A DNA stretch of 63,988 bases, counting the filler, from a bacterium (lineage in GTDB: Bacteria; JBBIVP01): assembly GCA_037439705.1 (NCBI GenBank). It is 3 parts of 3 records of this genome, joined end to end, with 100 filler letters (N's around TTAATTAATTAA, not from the genome) between each part and the next. Parts side by side here need not be neighbours in the genome. Positions count along the whole stretch, not along the records: positions 1 to 28,058 come from JBBIVP010000005.1; 2 more parts are not named here. One strand, written 5' to 3'. Position numbers and translations under genes: made by a program. Shown one piece after another: positions 1 to 9,101 of this stretch (its first letter is position 1; every line of letters starts with the position of its first letter). The notes beneath the pieces are model-generated. The model searched no databases, was not told where the DNA came from, and was given only the letters and a program-made list of their open reading frames with translations.

Positions 1-476
1 CTCGCGGTCTGGAGAAGGATGAGATTATTCCTGTTAAGGTTTTGAGGGTCTATCTTGTTTACTCTTATATCTTTTCTTACCTCCTCTAATGCTTGCTTTA
101 CCTCTCTCCACTCTACCCCCTCAAACCCGTAATCCCTCTGCCACATCTTAAAAACATCCTCATGCGTCATTACACAATCTGCAGCATTTATTACACTTCC
201 TCCACCAATACACCTTCCCTCAAGAACATCTATGGAATAATCATGAGTTGGTTGCATGGCATTCATCCTGTAAAGTTTTGGAATAAGCTCATCTTCTCTC
301 TGATTTAAATCAGAGGAAGGAAGATAGGGACCTTCTTCCATTACCACGACTTTAACTCCCATTTTTGAAAGTTCTCTTGCAACCATTGCTCCTGCGCATC
401 CGGAACCAATCACACAGACTTTTGCTTTTATTATTTTCGTTTCTCCTTTTTTATAATCCTTGTCCGTCCATATCAT
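1..476 (-). CDS. GMC-family oxidoreductase (FAD-binding), 5' part; runs off window
   Basis: Not in ORF track. Manual translation from ATG 476 (ATGA overlap with upstream stop): MIWTDKDY...VCVIGSGCAGAMVARELSKMGVKVVVMEEG (GxGxxG) ...GRCIGGGSVIN (GMC motif). Confidence 0.85.
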   Translation of the reverse strand, partial: MIWTDKDYKKGETKIIKAKVCVIGSGCAGAMVARELSKMGVKVVVMEEGPYLPSSDLNQREDELIPKLYRMNAMQPTHDYSIDVLEGRCIGGGSVINAADCVMTHEDVFKMWQRDYGFEGVEWREVKQALEEVRKDIRVNKIDPQNLNRNNLILLQTA

Positions 477-952
477 TTCTCCACCCCCTCTTTGGTAATC
501 GGTCCTTCATACCCTATATATTTCCAGACTTCTTCAGAGGAATAGTACAGAAAATTTGTTATGGATTTCATACCGAGATATATCCCTCTTAAAGGGGTTA
601 ATCTTGAATCTCGCAAAGAAATGAGTATCTTTTCTGCTTCCTCATCAGAAAGGTTAGAAAATCTCTTAAATTTAAGCTTTAAGAAAGGAAAATACTCAAG
701 AACCTTCAAGGCTGTCCTCATCATTTCTTTTACGAAGAAAATCTGAGATGAAATGAAATTATCTATTTTCTTTTGAAGTGCAATTTTTTCGGGGTCAACC
801 GGAATTTCCTCGCTTTTAGGAACTATTACCCTCACAAGTTTTCTTATAACAGCAAGTCTTCTCCCCTCCGTAGAGACTGGTCTCAGATTTGGGGGGATGC
901 CAAGAACTGCTGTAGCTGTTCCTGCCTTTTTTATAAATTCTCTTCTCTTCAT
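473..952 (-). CDS. Tat-signal protein, gluconate 2-dehydrogenase subunit 3-like partner of GMC oxidoreductase
   Basis: MKRREFIK twin-arginine motif; RFSNLS and FLYYSSEEVWKYIGYEGP C-terminal motif; directly upstream of GMC gene. Confidence 0.7.
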   Translation of the reverse strand: MKRREFIKKAGTATAVLGIPPNLRPVSTEGRRLAVIRKLVRVIVPKSEEIPVDPEKIALQKKIDNFISSQIFFVKEMMRTALKVLEYFPFLKLKFKRFSNLSDEEAEKILISLRDSRLTPLRGIYLGMKSITNFLYYSSEEVWKYIGYEGPITKEGVEK

Positions 953-2178
953 TTTTTCATTATCCTCCCCAATTCTATTGTTTCCTTTATTCCCCTTTCC
1001 TTCAAAGAATAAAATATCAAACTCCTTCTCGTCATTTTAAAAAACCTTTTACCATATTTCTTCAGAATTTTCCAGTTAATTTCAATACCAAGCCCTGACC
1101 TTTCAGGAATTTTCACCTTTCCCCCTTTTTGAAGAAAAGGGGTATCAAGAATTGCATCCCTCACTTCAGGAGTCCATGATGGGGGATGATAGGGATATTC
1201 AAGAAAAAAAGAAGTTCTGGTTTTTGAAGCAGAAAAAATGTGAAGATTTATTGCAAATCCTATTCCATTGGTCCATGTATGGGGAGTAAAAAGATATCCT
1301 TTCTCCTCGCATTCCTTCATGATTCTGAAACACTGGCTGATACCTCCGCAGAATGTAGCATCTGGCTGGTATATGTGATAGCAGTCTTTTTCCATCATGA
1401 TTTTGAATTCAGGATAACCTCCGGAATTGAGTTCCCCGCCTGCTATTTTAACCTTAGAATATTTCTTCAATTGAGATTGAGCATTGTAATCATCCATTGG
1501 AAGTGGTTCTTCAATCCATTCAACCCCCATTTCATAACAAAAATCCGCGAACCTTTTTGCTCTCTCTATGTGCCATAATGGAGCATCTTTTATAACCGTT
1601 ACCCTCCACCCCTGATTGGCATCAACTCCGATTTTAACCTCACCGCTTAGTGCCTGTGAAACTGCTTTCGCCTGTGCCCTGTCAATATCTTCTTCAAACT
1701 CATGAACCCTCAACTTTACTCCTTTAAAACCTTCTTCAACAACTGAAAAAACTTTCTCAACTGCTTCTTCAGGTCCCATTACCTCACCGAAGGACGCATA
1801 AACATCCACCTCGCCTCCCTTGCCACCGAGAAGTTCCCATAATGGTTTTCCCTTATATTTTCCAAGAATGTCCCAGAAAGCAGGTTCTATCCAGTAATTT
1901 CTCCATCCTAAATAACTCATTTCCCTTAACCTTTGCTGAACAAGGTCTATTTGGATGGGGTCCATACCTAAAAGATAAGGACCGAGGAGATGCCCTAACC
2001 CCTCCCTTTCTCTTCCCATTGATGCACCTGCACTGAAACCTTCTATTCCATCGTCTGTTATTACCCTTAAAAGGGTAAACCTGTTGTGAAGCTGAGGATA
2101 GCCCGGTATCCAGGCTGGCTTAAAAATGTGCTTTAATGGAATTGAAACATGGTAGAGTTCAATCCTTGCAACCTTCAT
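949..2178 (-). CDS. Mandelate racemase/muconate lactonizing enzyme family (enolase superfamily)
   Basis: KLR, VDANQGW, WIEEP, AGGE, QPD, PHTW, LEYP motifs. Confidence 0.9.
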   Translation of the reverse strand: MKVARIELYHVSIPLKHIFKPAWIPGYPQLHNRFTLLRVITDDGIEGFSAGASMGREREGLGHLLGPYLLGMDPIQIDLVQQRLREMSYLGWRNYWIEPAFWDILGKYKGKPLWELLGGKGGEVDVYASFGEVMGPEEAVEKVFSVVEEGFKGVKLRVHEFEEDIDRAQAKAVSQALSGEVKIGVDANQGWRVTVIKDAPLWHIERAKRFADFCYEMGVEWIEEPLPMDDYNAQSQLKKYSKVKIAGGELNSGGYPEFKIMMEKDCYHIYQPDATFCGGISQCFRIMKECEEKGYLFTPHTWTNGIGFAINLHIFSASKTRTSFFLEYPYHPPSWTPEVRDAILDTPFLQKGGKVKIPERSGLGIEINWKILKKYGKRFFKMTRRSLIFYSLKERGIKETIELGRIMKK

Positions 2179-2183
2179 CTGCT

Positions 2184-3740
2184 TTATTTTGCATACTCCA
2201 CTGCTCTGAATTCCCTCACCACAACTACTTTTATCTGTCCAGGATATTTTATCTCTTCCCCTACCTTTTTTACAATCTCCCTTGCAAGAAAACTCGCCTC
2301 TTCGTCCCTCACTTTATCAGCATTCACGAAAATTCTTAATTCTCTTCCTGCCTGAATGGCGTATGCTTTATCCACGCCTGTAAATGAATTTGCAATTTCC
2401 TCAAGCTGACTCACTCTCTTAATATACGCTTCATACATCTCCTTTCGCGAACCAGGTCTTGCTGCTGAAAGAGCATCTGCAGCCTGGATTATAACCCCGT
2501 ATATATTTGCGGGCTTATCATCATGATGGGTTCTAACAGCCTCTATAAGGTCTTCGGATTCGCCTACCCTTTTCAACAATTCTGCTCCGATTTCAGCATG
2601 GGTTCCCTCTACTTCGTGGTCAACCGCTTTTCCTATATCGTGAAGGAGACCTGCTTTTTTGGCAAATTTCTGGTCAAGTCCCAGTTCAGCAGCAATTATA
2701 CCTGCTATATGGGCTACTTCTATTGAATGACTGTATACATTCTGGGAATAACTCATCCTGAACCTTAGCTTTCCTATTTCTTTAACAAGTTCAGGATGAA
2801 TTTGAAGTATTCCCACATCCATAATTGCCTCCTCTCCATATTTCTTTATTTTTGCTTCAAGTTCCTCCTTGCTCTTATTAACCACCTCCTCAATTCTTGC
2901 AGGATGAATCCTTCCATCCTCTATAAGTTTTGTCATGGCTATTCTCGCGAGTTCCCTCCTCATTGGATTCTGTGATGAAAGAACAACAGCAAGAGGAGTG
3001 TCATCTATTATCACATCAACTCCTGTAAGGGATTCAAAAGTCCTTATATTCCTTCCTTCCCTCCCTATAATTCTTCCTTTCATTTCATCATTTGGAAGGG
3101 AAATTACCGAAACAGTCAAATCTCCAACATACTCACCCGCATACCTCTGAATGGCAGTGGCAATTATTTCTTTCGCTTTCCTTTCGCTTTCCTCCTTTGC
3201 TCTTTCCATCTCCTCTATGATCATTTTGCCTATCTCCATTTTGAGCTCTTCTTTTGTTTTCTCCAGAATTATCCTTCTTGCCTCTCCTTCAGAAAGTCTT
3301 GCTATTTGATACAGTTTTCCCGAGAGTTCCTTTTCCTTTTTGGAAAGATTCTCTTTAAGACCCGCTATTTCTCTTTTTTCTTCCTCAAGCTTTTTTGCAA
3401 GGCTTTTCAGTTCCCTCTCCTTTTCTTCTACAAATTCTCCCCTTTTATCAATTTGATGTTCTCTCTGTCGTAATCTTTTCTCTATCTCAGTAATTTCCTT
3501 TTGCTTTTCAGAGATTTCTTTTTCAGCTGATTGTTTAAGCTTATAAATCTCCTCTTTTACCTTTAGTTCAGCCTCTTTCTGAATGTTCTCAGCTTTCTTC
3601 TTTGCATTCTCAATTATTTCCTTTGATTTCTCCTCAGCGGAGCTTATCTGTTTTTCACCAATTCTCTTTCTTATGTAGTACCCTATAAAAACTCCTAAAA
3701 TTAGTGCAATTACTCCTATGTATACCAGATTCATATCCAT
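2184..3740 (-). CDS. rny: Ribonuclease Y
   Basis: N-terminal TM and coiled coil, KH domain MKGRIIGREGRNIR, HD domain LLHDIGKA, ADALSAARPG. Confidence 0.98.
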   Translation of the reverse strand: MDMNLVYIGVIALILGVFIGYYIRKRIGEKQISSAEEKSKEIIENAKKKAENIQKEAELKVKEEIYKLKQSAEKEISEKQKEITEIEKRLRQREHQIDKRGEFVEEKERELKSLAKKLEEEKREIAGLKENLSKKEKELSGKLYQIARLSEGEARRIILEKTKEELKMEIGKMIIEEMERAKEESERKAKEIIATAIQRYAGEYVGDLTVSVISLPNDEMKGRIIGREGRNIRTFESLTGVDVIIDDTPLAVVLSSQNPMRRELARIAMTKLIEDGRIHPARIEEVVNKSKEELEAKIKKYGEEAIMDVGILQIHPELVKEIGKLRFRMSYSQNVYSHSIEVAHIAGIIAAELGLDQKFAKKAGLLHDIGKAVDHEVEGTHAEIGAELLKRVGESEDLIEAVRTHHDDKPANIYGVIIQAADALSAARPGSRKEMYEAYIKRVSQLEEIANSFTGVDKAYAIQAGRELRIFVNADKVRDEEASFLAREIVKKVGEEIKYPGQIKVVVVREFRAVEYAK

Positions 3741-4303
3741 ACCTCCTTTGATTTAAAAATTCTTTTTTCAGTAATTATAAAATCCATTTTCACATCCCAT
3801 TGGTCTCCTTGAATAAAATCAAAAAGCTGAAAATGATAGCAGACGCCAACCTTAATTTTATTCTTTCCAGAAAATGTCCTGTCCACATATCCCTTCCCTC
3901 TTCCTATCCTTACTCCATTTCTTGAAAAGGCTATGCCCGGAAAAACAAAAAGGTCTATATTTTCAATATCTTCCTTTTCTTTGCCAACCGGTTCTTTTAT
4001 ACCAAATGCACCTTCACAAAGCTGATTCTCTAAATCGGTTACACGAAGGTAAGATAAAAAGTTTCCCTCAATTTTTGGGAAAAATAGTTCCCATTCTGCT
4101 TTCAAACCCCATTCCCATAAATCCCACAGATTTACTTCCCAGGACTGAGGGGAATAAACACCTATTTTTTTAAACTTTTCTTTTTCTATCAGGGTTCTTA
4201 AAAACTCATCTATTCTTTTGCTCTTATTTTCAAGGTATGAAAAATCCCTTATTGACCTCAATAACTTCAACATCTTCTCTCTAATCTCAGTCTTCTCTTC
4301 CAT
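3731..4303 (-). CDS. 5-formyltetrahydrofolate cyclo-ligase
   Basis: FGIKEP, PGIAFS..G.RIGRGKGYVDR, DVKMDFIITE; conserved zapA-cyclo-ligase-rny synteny. Confidence 0.92.
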   Translation of the reverse strand: MEEKTEIREKMLKLLRSIRDFSYLENKSKRIDEFLRTLIEKEKFKKIGVYSPQSWEVNLWDLWEWGLKAEWELFFPKIEGNFLSYLRVTDLENQLCEGAFGIKEPVGKEKEDIENIDLFVFPGIAFSRNGVRIGRGKGYVDRTFSGKNKIKVGVCYHFQLFDFIQGDQWDVKMDFIITEKRIFKSKEVWI

Positions 4304-4410
4304 TTTTTTCTCCGGATGAAGATGTCAGGATATGAAAAACTATGGTGTCCGCTTACATTTCTTTTTCAGGTTTTTCCTTTTATGCTTAACTTCCTTATTT
4401 TTCCGTATCC
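4304..4410 (-). ncRNA. Candidate 6S RNA-like hairpin (unusually short)
   Basis: Canonical ssrS position between zapA and the 5-FTHF cyclo-ligase; nested pairings GGAT/ATCC, GAAG/CTTC, GTTA/TGAC, AGGA/TCCT, TGAAAAA/TTTTTCA form one rod. Confidence 0.4.
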
Positions 4411-4715
4411 TAAACACCTTCACCCTTTATGTCCTTTAATGCCTTATTAACCAATTCTATTATATTTTTTATACTATTGTCAACTTCCATTTCAACTTTT
4501 TCTTTTTCCCTTTTAAGTTTGAAGAGCTCTTCAGAAAGAATAAGAGAAGTCATAACTGCCACCTCAACGGTGGATACAATTCCTGTCTTTTCTGAAAGCA
4601 TTTTATGAACTTCCTCAACTTTTTTAATCACCTCACCTATCTCTTCATCACTCAAATCTGTTCTGAAAGAGAAGGTTCTTCCGAGAAGGTTTACGGTTTT
4701 CAGTTTGAGTTCCAT
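4410..4715 (-). CDS. zapA: Cell division protein ZapA
   Basis: Size, V.LLGR.F.F N-terminus, VAVMTSLILSEELF helix and coiled coil; synteny. Confidence 0.85.
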   Translation of the reverse strand: MELKLKTVNLLGRTFSFRTDLSDEEIGEVIKKVEEVHKMLSEKTGIVSTVEVAVMTSLILSEELFKLKREKEKVEMEVDNSIKNIIELVNKALKDIKGEGV

Positions 4716-4718
4716 ACT

Positions 4719-4925
4719 TTATTCCTTCATATCCTCAAGTTGCTTTATGAGTTCATCAATCATTTTTACTGTTCTGTTAATCCCTGTTTCATATCTTTCA
4801 TTCTGCTTCTTCACCTTTAAAATCTCTTTCTTAAATACCACATTTTCTTCGGCTTTTTCTTTTAGAATTTTCACTAATTCTTTAATTAAATTTTCTAACT
4901 CCCTCAAATTATTGTAAACTTTCAT
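4719..4925 (-). CDS. Small coiled-coil protein, ZapB-like
   Basis: 68-aa heptad-rich protein immediately upstream of zapA. Confidence 0.6.
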   Translation of the reverse strand: MKVYNNLRELENLIKELVKILKEKAEENVVFKKEILKVKKQNERYETGINRTVKMIDELIKQLEDMKE

Positions 4926-4931
4926 AAGAAA

Positions 4932-4960
4932 AAGTTATTAAATTATGTAAGATTTGTCAA
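4932..4960 (-). promoter_or_regulatory. Sigma70-type promoter, TTGACA-17-TAACTT, 6 nt before zapB-like ATG
   Basis: Perfect -35 hexamer at 4955-4960 with 17-nt spacer. Confidence 0.55.
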
Positions 4961-4980
4961 GCGAAATTTATTGTGTTCTC

Positions 4981-5018
4981 TGAAAAAGGAAGAGTTAGCC
5001 CCGCTTTTCAGAACCCTC
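4981..5018 (-). repeat. Dispersed ~39-bp repeat, copy 1
   Basis: GAGGGTTCTGAAAAGCGGGGCTAACTCTTCCTTTTTCA; differs from 37353-37391 by one indel and one substitution; contains the rsmI stop codon. Confidence 0.85.
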
Positions 5019-5697
5019 TTTCTTTCCACAGCACAATCGTCCATTCACCCTTTATTTCGTTCATTTCATCAAAAATTTTTGCTATATCTAACACTTTACC
5101 CCTGTAAAAAGTTTCATATAACTTTGTCATCTCTTTCATAAGAGCCACCATAAAATCTAGCTCTACATCCGCAATTTCTGCAAGTGTCTTTTTCAGGCGA
5201 TATGGTGATTCATAAAGAACAATCGTTAATTTATAATTTTTGAGGTTTCTGAAGAATTCCCTTCTCCTTTTCTTATGAGGTGGGAAACCCAGAAAAACAA
5301 ACCCTTTTCCTGTTGGAGCCCCTGAGACAGAAAGAGCAGATGTTAAAGCAGAGGGACCTGGGACAGGGCTCATCTCTATTCCCATCTCTATTGCCTTTTT
5401 GATTATTGCTTCCCCCGGGTCAGATATTCCGGGGGTTCCAGCCTCTACAACAAGAGCGCATTTTTCACCATTTTTAACTCTCTGCAAATACGAAAGGATT
5501 CTTTTTTCATCCGTTCTCTGAAAAAAAGGAAAAACAGGTTTTTTTATTTCATAATGGTTAAGAAGCCTGAGAGTTTTTCGCGGATTTTCTGAAAGGATGA
5601 AATCCACCTCTTTTAGTACTCTCAAAGCCCTCAATGTAATGTCCTCAAGGTTCCCTATGGGAGTGGAAACTACAAAAATCTTCCCCTTATTTTCCAT
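5008..5697 (-). CDS. rsmI: 16S rRNA (cytidine1402-2'-O)-methyltransferase
   Basis: VSTPIGNLEDITLRAL, AGTPGISDPG, PVPGPSA, YESPYR. Confidence 0.95.
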   Translation of the reverse strand: MENKGKIFVVSTPIGNLEDITLRALRVLKEVDFILSENPRKTLRLLNHYEIKKPVFPFFQRTDEKRILSYLQRVKNGEKCALVVEAGTPGISDPGEAIIKKAIEMGIEMSPVPGPSALTSALSVSGAPTGKGFVFLGFPPHKKRRREFFRNLKNYKLTIVLYESPYRLKKTLAEIADVELDFMVALMKEMTKLYETFYRGKVLDIAKIFDEMNEIKGEWTIVLWKERGF

Positions 5698-6367
5698 AAA
5701 GTCCTGATTTTTTTCTTATGTTTCTTATTGCCTTTAATGGATTTTCGTTTTTAAAAATGTATGCTCCCGCAACAACAATATCCGCTCCGGCTTTTATTAT
5801 ATCCTCAATGTTTTCTTCGTTTACTCCTCCATCAACCTCAATAAGGGTTTTCGCATTTCTTTTTTCTATCATTTCCCTTGCCCTCTCTATTTTGGGAAGC
5901 ATTTCTTTTATAAATTTCTGACCGTAAAAACCGGGATTGACTGTCATTATCAAAAGAACATCCATGATGTCAAGAAGATCTTCAACAGTATGGGGAGAAG
6001 TTCCTGGATTCAAAGAAACTCCTCCCTTTATTCCATTATATGATTTTATCTGGGTAAGCACTCTGTGGGGATGTTTTACAGATTCTATGTGAAAGGAAAT
6101 AATTCCTTCTTTTATAATTTCTGCTGTTCTATCAATGTATTTATCGGGGTCAAGAATCATAAGGTGAACATCAAGTGGAACGGATGTAATTTTCTTCATC
6201 GTTTCTATAACTGGAAAACCAATGGATATGTTTGGAACAAATACGCCGTCCATCACATCAATATGGAAAAAATCAACTCCTGCTTTTTCAATCTTTTTTA
6301 TTTCTTTTACCAAACAGGAAAAATCCCCCGCAAGTATTGATGGAGAGATTTTTATTTCCCTTTTCAT
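5687..6367 (-). CDS. rpe: Ribulose-phosphate 3-epimerase
   Basis: SPSIL, HIDVMDGVFVPN, DVHLM, MTVNPGF.GQ, EVDGG. Confidence 0.97.
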   Translation of the reverse strand: MKREIKISPSILAGDFSCLVKEIKKIEKAGVDFFHIDVMDGVFVPNISIGFPVIETMKKITSVPLDVHLMILDPDKYIDRTAEIIKEGIISFHIESVKHPHRVLTQIKSYNGIKGGVSLNPGTSPHTVEDLLDIMDVLLIMTVNPGFYGQKFIKEMLPKIERAREMIEKRNAKTLIEVDGGVNEENIEDIIKAGADIVVAGAYIFKNENPLKAIRNIRKKSGLYGK

Positions 6368-6457
6368 CCTCTTTATTATGCCAGAACGAAGATTTATATC
6401 AACAAATTGCTTGAAAAAATCCTGAAAACATAGTTAAATATGAAAAAATGAAAGGGG

Positions 6458-6985
6458 GTGGTTAAAACATTTCTGATTGACCTGCCATTATTGAGTCTGT
6501 ATGGTTCCATTTATGCGCTCCTTCAAAAAAAGGAGGAAGGTTCTTTAATCAGGGAATCCGCTTTCAGATGGGGGCTTCTCTTTTCATCTATTTTTATCGT
6601 TTCTGTAATAATCTCCTACTTCATGGCTCCTCACTGGATGTGGATGTATTTTCCCGAAAATCCCAAGATCGGAGTTCTTGACTGGATTTACATCCTTCTT
6701 TTCCTTTACTACCTTCCTTACGCGGGTGGATATTTTCTTGCAAGAGAACTGAGAAAAAAAGGATTTATCTATGGAGCAATTGTCGCACTCATTTCTCTTC
6801 TTGAAGAAATTTTCATCGTTCTTAGACTATGGGATAGATACACCCATGTTGGAACAAGGGAAGAATTCTTAAATGGAACTGCAAACCTTCTCTGGAAATC
6901 CTCTGTCAATATTGTTTTTAACATAACAATCCCTATTCTTATTGTAGTATTCATAATCTCATTTATAAGGATAAGAAAGGGTTAA
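6458..6985 (+). CDS. Uncharacterised multi-pass membrane protein (WxWMY family)
   Basis: About 5 hydrophobic segments; PHWMWMYF motif; paralogous to N-terminus of 11447-12961. Confidence 0.75.
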   Translation: MVKTFLIDLPLLSLYGSIYALLQKKEEGSLIRESAFRWGLLFSSIFIVSVIISYFMAPHWMWMYFPENPKIGVLDWIYILLFLYYLPYAGGYFLARELRKKGFIYGAIVALISLLEEIFIVLRLWDRYTHVGTREEFLNGTANLLWKSSVNIVFNITIPILIVVFIISFIRIRKG

Positions 6986-6987
6986 AA

Positions 6988-7009
6988 AACTCCTTTTTTT
7001 AAAGGAGTT
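6988..7009. terminator. Probable intrinsic terminator hairpin between convergent genes
   Basis: AACTCCTTT-tttt-AAAGGAGTT perfect 9-bp inverted repeat. Confidence 0.55.
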
Positions 7010-7042
7010 GCACTAAATGAAAAAAGTAGGGAGATTTTTTTC

Positions 7043-9034
7043 TTAAAAGAGGAGGTTGTGGAGTTTTAGAATAAGGGGCGAAAAGACAAGGGAAACAATG
7101 GACATAAGCTTTATGAGAATGTTCATTGATGGTCCTGCTGTATCTTTGAAAGGGTCCCCTACTGTATCCCCTACCACCGCTGCTTTATGAGCATCTGAAC
7201 CCTTTCCTCCGAGATTACCCGCTTCTATAAACTTTTTCGCATTGTCCCACGCTCCACCACCGTTTGCCATAAGAAGCCCTATGAAAAGCCCGCTTGTGAT
7301 AGCACCCGCAAGCATCCCGCCCAGGGCTGAAGGACCGAACAGAACTCCCACAACAATAGGAGCAATAACAGCGACCACTCCAGGAAGAACCATCTTTTTC
7401 AAAGCGCCTGTTGTTGTTATTGCTATGCATTTTGCGGAATCAGGTTCTGCCTTTCCTCCCAGCAATCCGGGAATTTCCTTAAACTGCCTCCTTATCTCAT
7501 TAACGATGTAAAAAGCAGTTTTACCAACTGCCTTTAATGCAACAGAAGCGAGGAAGAATGGAATTGAGGCACCTATAAATAACCCGACTATAACTTCAGC
7601 ATCGGTAAGTCTAATTACAAAATCCTCTTTTCCGAGAACATGTTTAACTGTTGAAATATATGCGCTGAAAAGAGCAAGGGCAGTAAGGGCAGCGGAACCT
7701 ATTGCAAAACCCTTTCCTATAGCTGCGGTTGTGTTTCCAAGTGCATCAAGCGTATCAGTTATTGCTCTTGTCTGTGGACCAAGATGGGACATTTCTGAAA
7801 TTCCACCTGCATTATCTGCTATAGGACCATAAGCATCAACAGACATAACTATTCCAATTGTCCCAAGCATACCAACTCCAGCAAGGCTAACCCCATAAAT
7901 TCCCGCTGATTTGTAAGCCACGAGTATCCCAAAAGCTACTACAAGCACAGGAAGAAGTGTACTCTCCATTCCAACAGCGAAACCTGTGATGAGATTGGTT
8001 GCAGGTCCTGTTTTGCTTGATTCAGCAATTTCCTTTATAGGAGATTTTGAGGTATAAAACTCTGAAAAGAAACCTATCAGAACTCCAGCAATAATTCCTG
8101 AAAGAAGAGCATAAAAACAGGAAGTCTCGCCTGTTATATTTCTTATAAGGAAGAAAGAGGCAATAATAAAAATCAAAACTGCAACATAGGTGGCATTTCT
8201 CAGTGCTGTTTGTGGATGAAGTTTCTGGAAACCAAAAATGGAGATTATTCCAATAAGGGATGCAACAAAACCAACTGCAATGGTGTATAAAGGAAGTGAG
8301 AGAAGTTCGGGCTTATTTAAGGCATAACCTACCGCTATTGTTGCAACAACGCTTCCCACATAGGATTCAAAGAGGTCTGCACCCATTCCAGCAACATCTC
8401 CCACATTGTCTCCCACATTGTCTGCAATAACTCCCGGATTCCTCGGATCATCCTCAGGAATTCCTGCTTCAACCTTTCCCACAAGGTCGCTACCAACATC
8501 AGCCGCCTTTGTATATATTCCTCCTCCCACACGAGCAAAAAGAGCAATTGATGAAGCGCCCATCGCAAATCCATTTATTGCGGTTATGTTTTTATCTGTA
8601 AAGAGGTAAAACAACAATCCAAGGCCAAAAAGTCCGAGACTTGCCACAGAAAGTCCCATAACAGAGCCACCAAGGAAAGCAACCCTCAAAGCAGTCTCCC
8701 TTCCCGATTTATCAGCAGCCTCAGCGGTCCTTACATTTGCCCTTGTTGCGGATTTCATTCCCATAAATCCCGCAAGCATGGAGGAGAGAGCACCAAATAT
8801 AAATGAAAGGGCTGTCAGTGGTCCTAAACCTGGAGCGAAAAAAATTACAAGAAAAAGACAAACTACAAAAATCATAATGATCGAATACTCCCTTTTTAGA
8901 AAAACCATTGCTCCTTCGTGAATTTTCTCTGAGATAGAGAGCATCCTTTCATTTCCGTAAGGAAGCGAACGGATGTGTAAAAATATTCCAACTGCAATGC
9001 ATAACCCTATCACTCCTATTAGAGGTATCCACAT
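7043..9034 (-). CDS. hppA: Membrane-bound Na+/H+-translocating pyrophosphatase, K+-dependent type
   Basis: [42 protein letters not shown] (Ala indicates K+ dependence), [10 protein letters not shown]. Confidence 0.97.
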   Translation of the reverse strand: MWIPLIGVIGLCIAVGIFLHIRSLPYGNERMLSISEKIHEGAMVFLKREYSIIMIFVVCLFLVIFFAPGLGPLTALSFIFGALSSMLAGFMGMKSATRANVRTAEAADKSGRETALRVAFLGGSVMGLSVASLGLFGLGLLFYLFTDKNITAINGFAMGASSIALFARVGGGIYTKAADVGSDLVGKVEAGIPEDDPRNPGVIADNVGDNVGDVAGMGADLFESYVGSVVATIAVGYALNKPELLSLPLYTIAVGFVASLIGIISIFGFQKLHPQTALRNATYVAVLIFIIASFFLIRNITGETSCFYALLSGIIAGVLIGFFSEFYTSKSPIKEIAESSKTGPATNLITGFAVGMESTLLPVLVVAFGILVAYKSAGIYGVSLAGVGMLGTIGIVMSVDAYGPIADNAGGISEMSHLGPQTRAITDTLDALGNTTAAIGKGFAIGSAALTALALFSAYISTVKHVLGKEDFVIRLTDAEVIVGLFIGASIPFFLASVALKAVGKTAFYIVNEIRRQFKEIPGLLGGKAEPDSAKCIAITTTGALKKMVLPGVVAVIAPIVVGVLFGPSALGGMLAGAITSGLFIGLLMANGGGAWDNAKKFIEAGNLGGKGSDAHKAAVVGDTVGDPFKDTAGPSMNILIKLMSIVSLVFSPLILKLHNLLF

Positions 9035-9101
9035 TTTTGCACCTCCTGAAAAATTTTGATAAATTTTTTACAACTAAAAAATGAAAAATTCAAGGGAAAA
9101 C

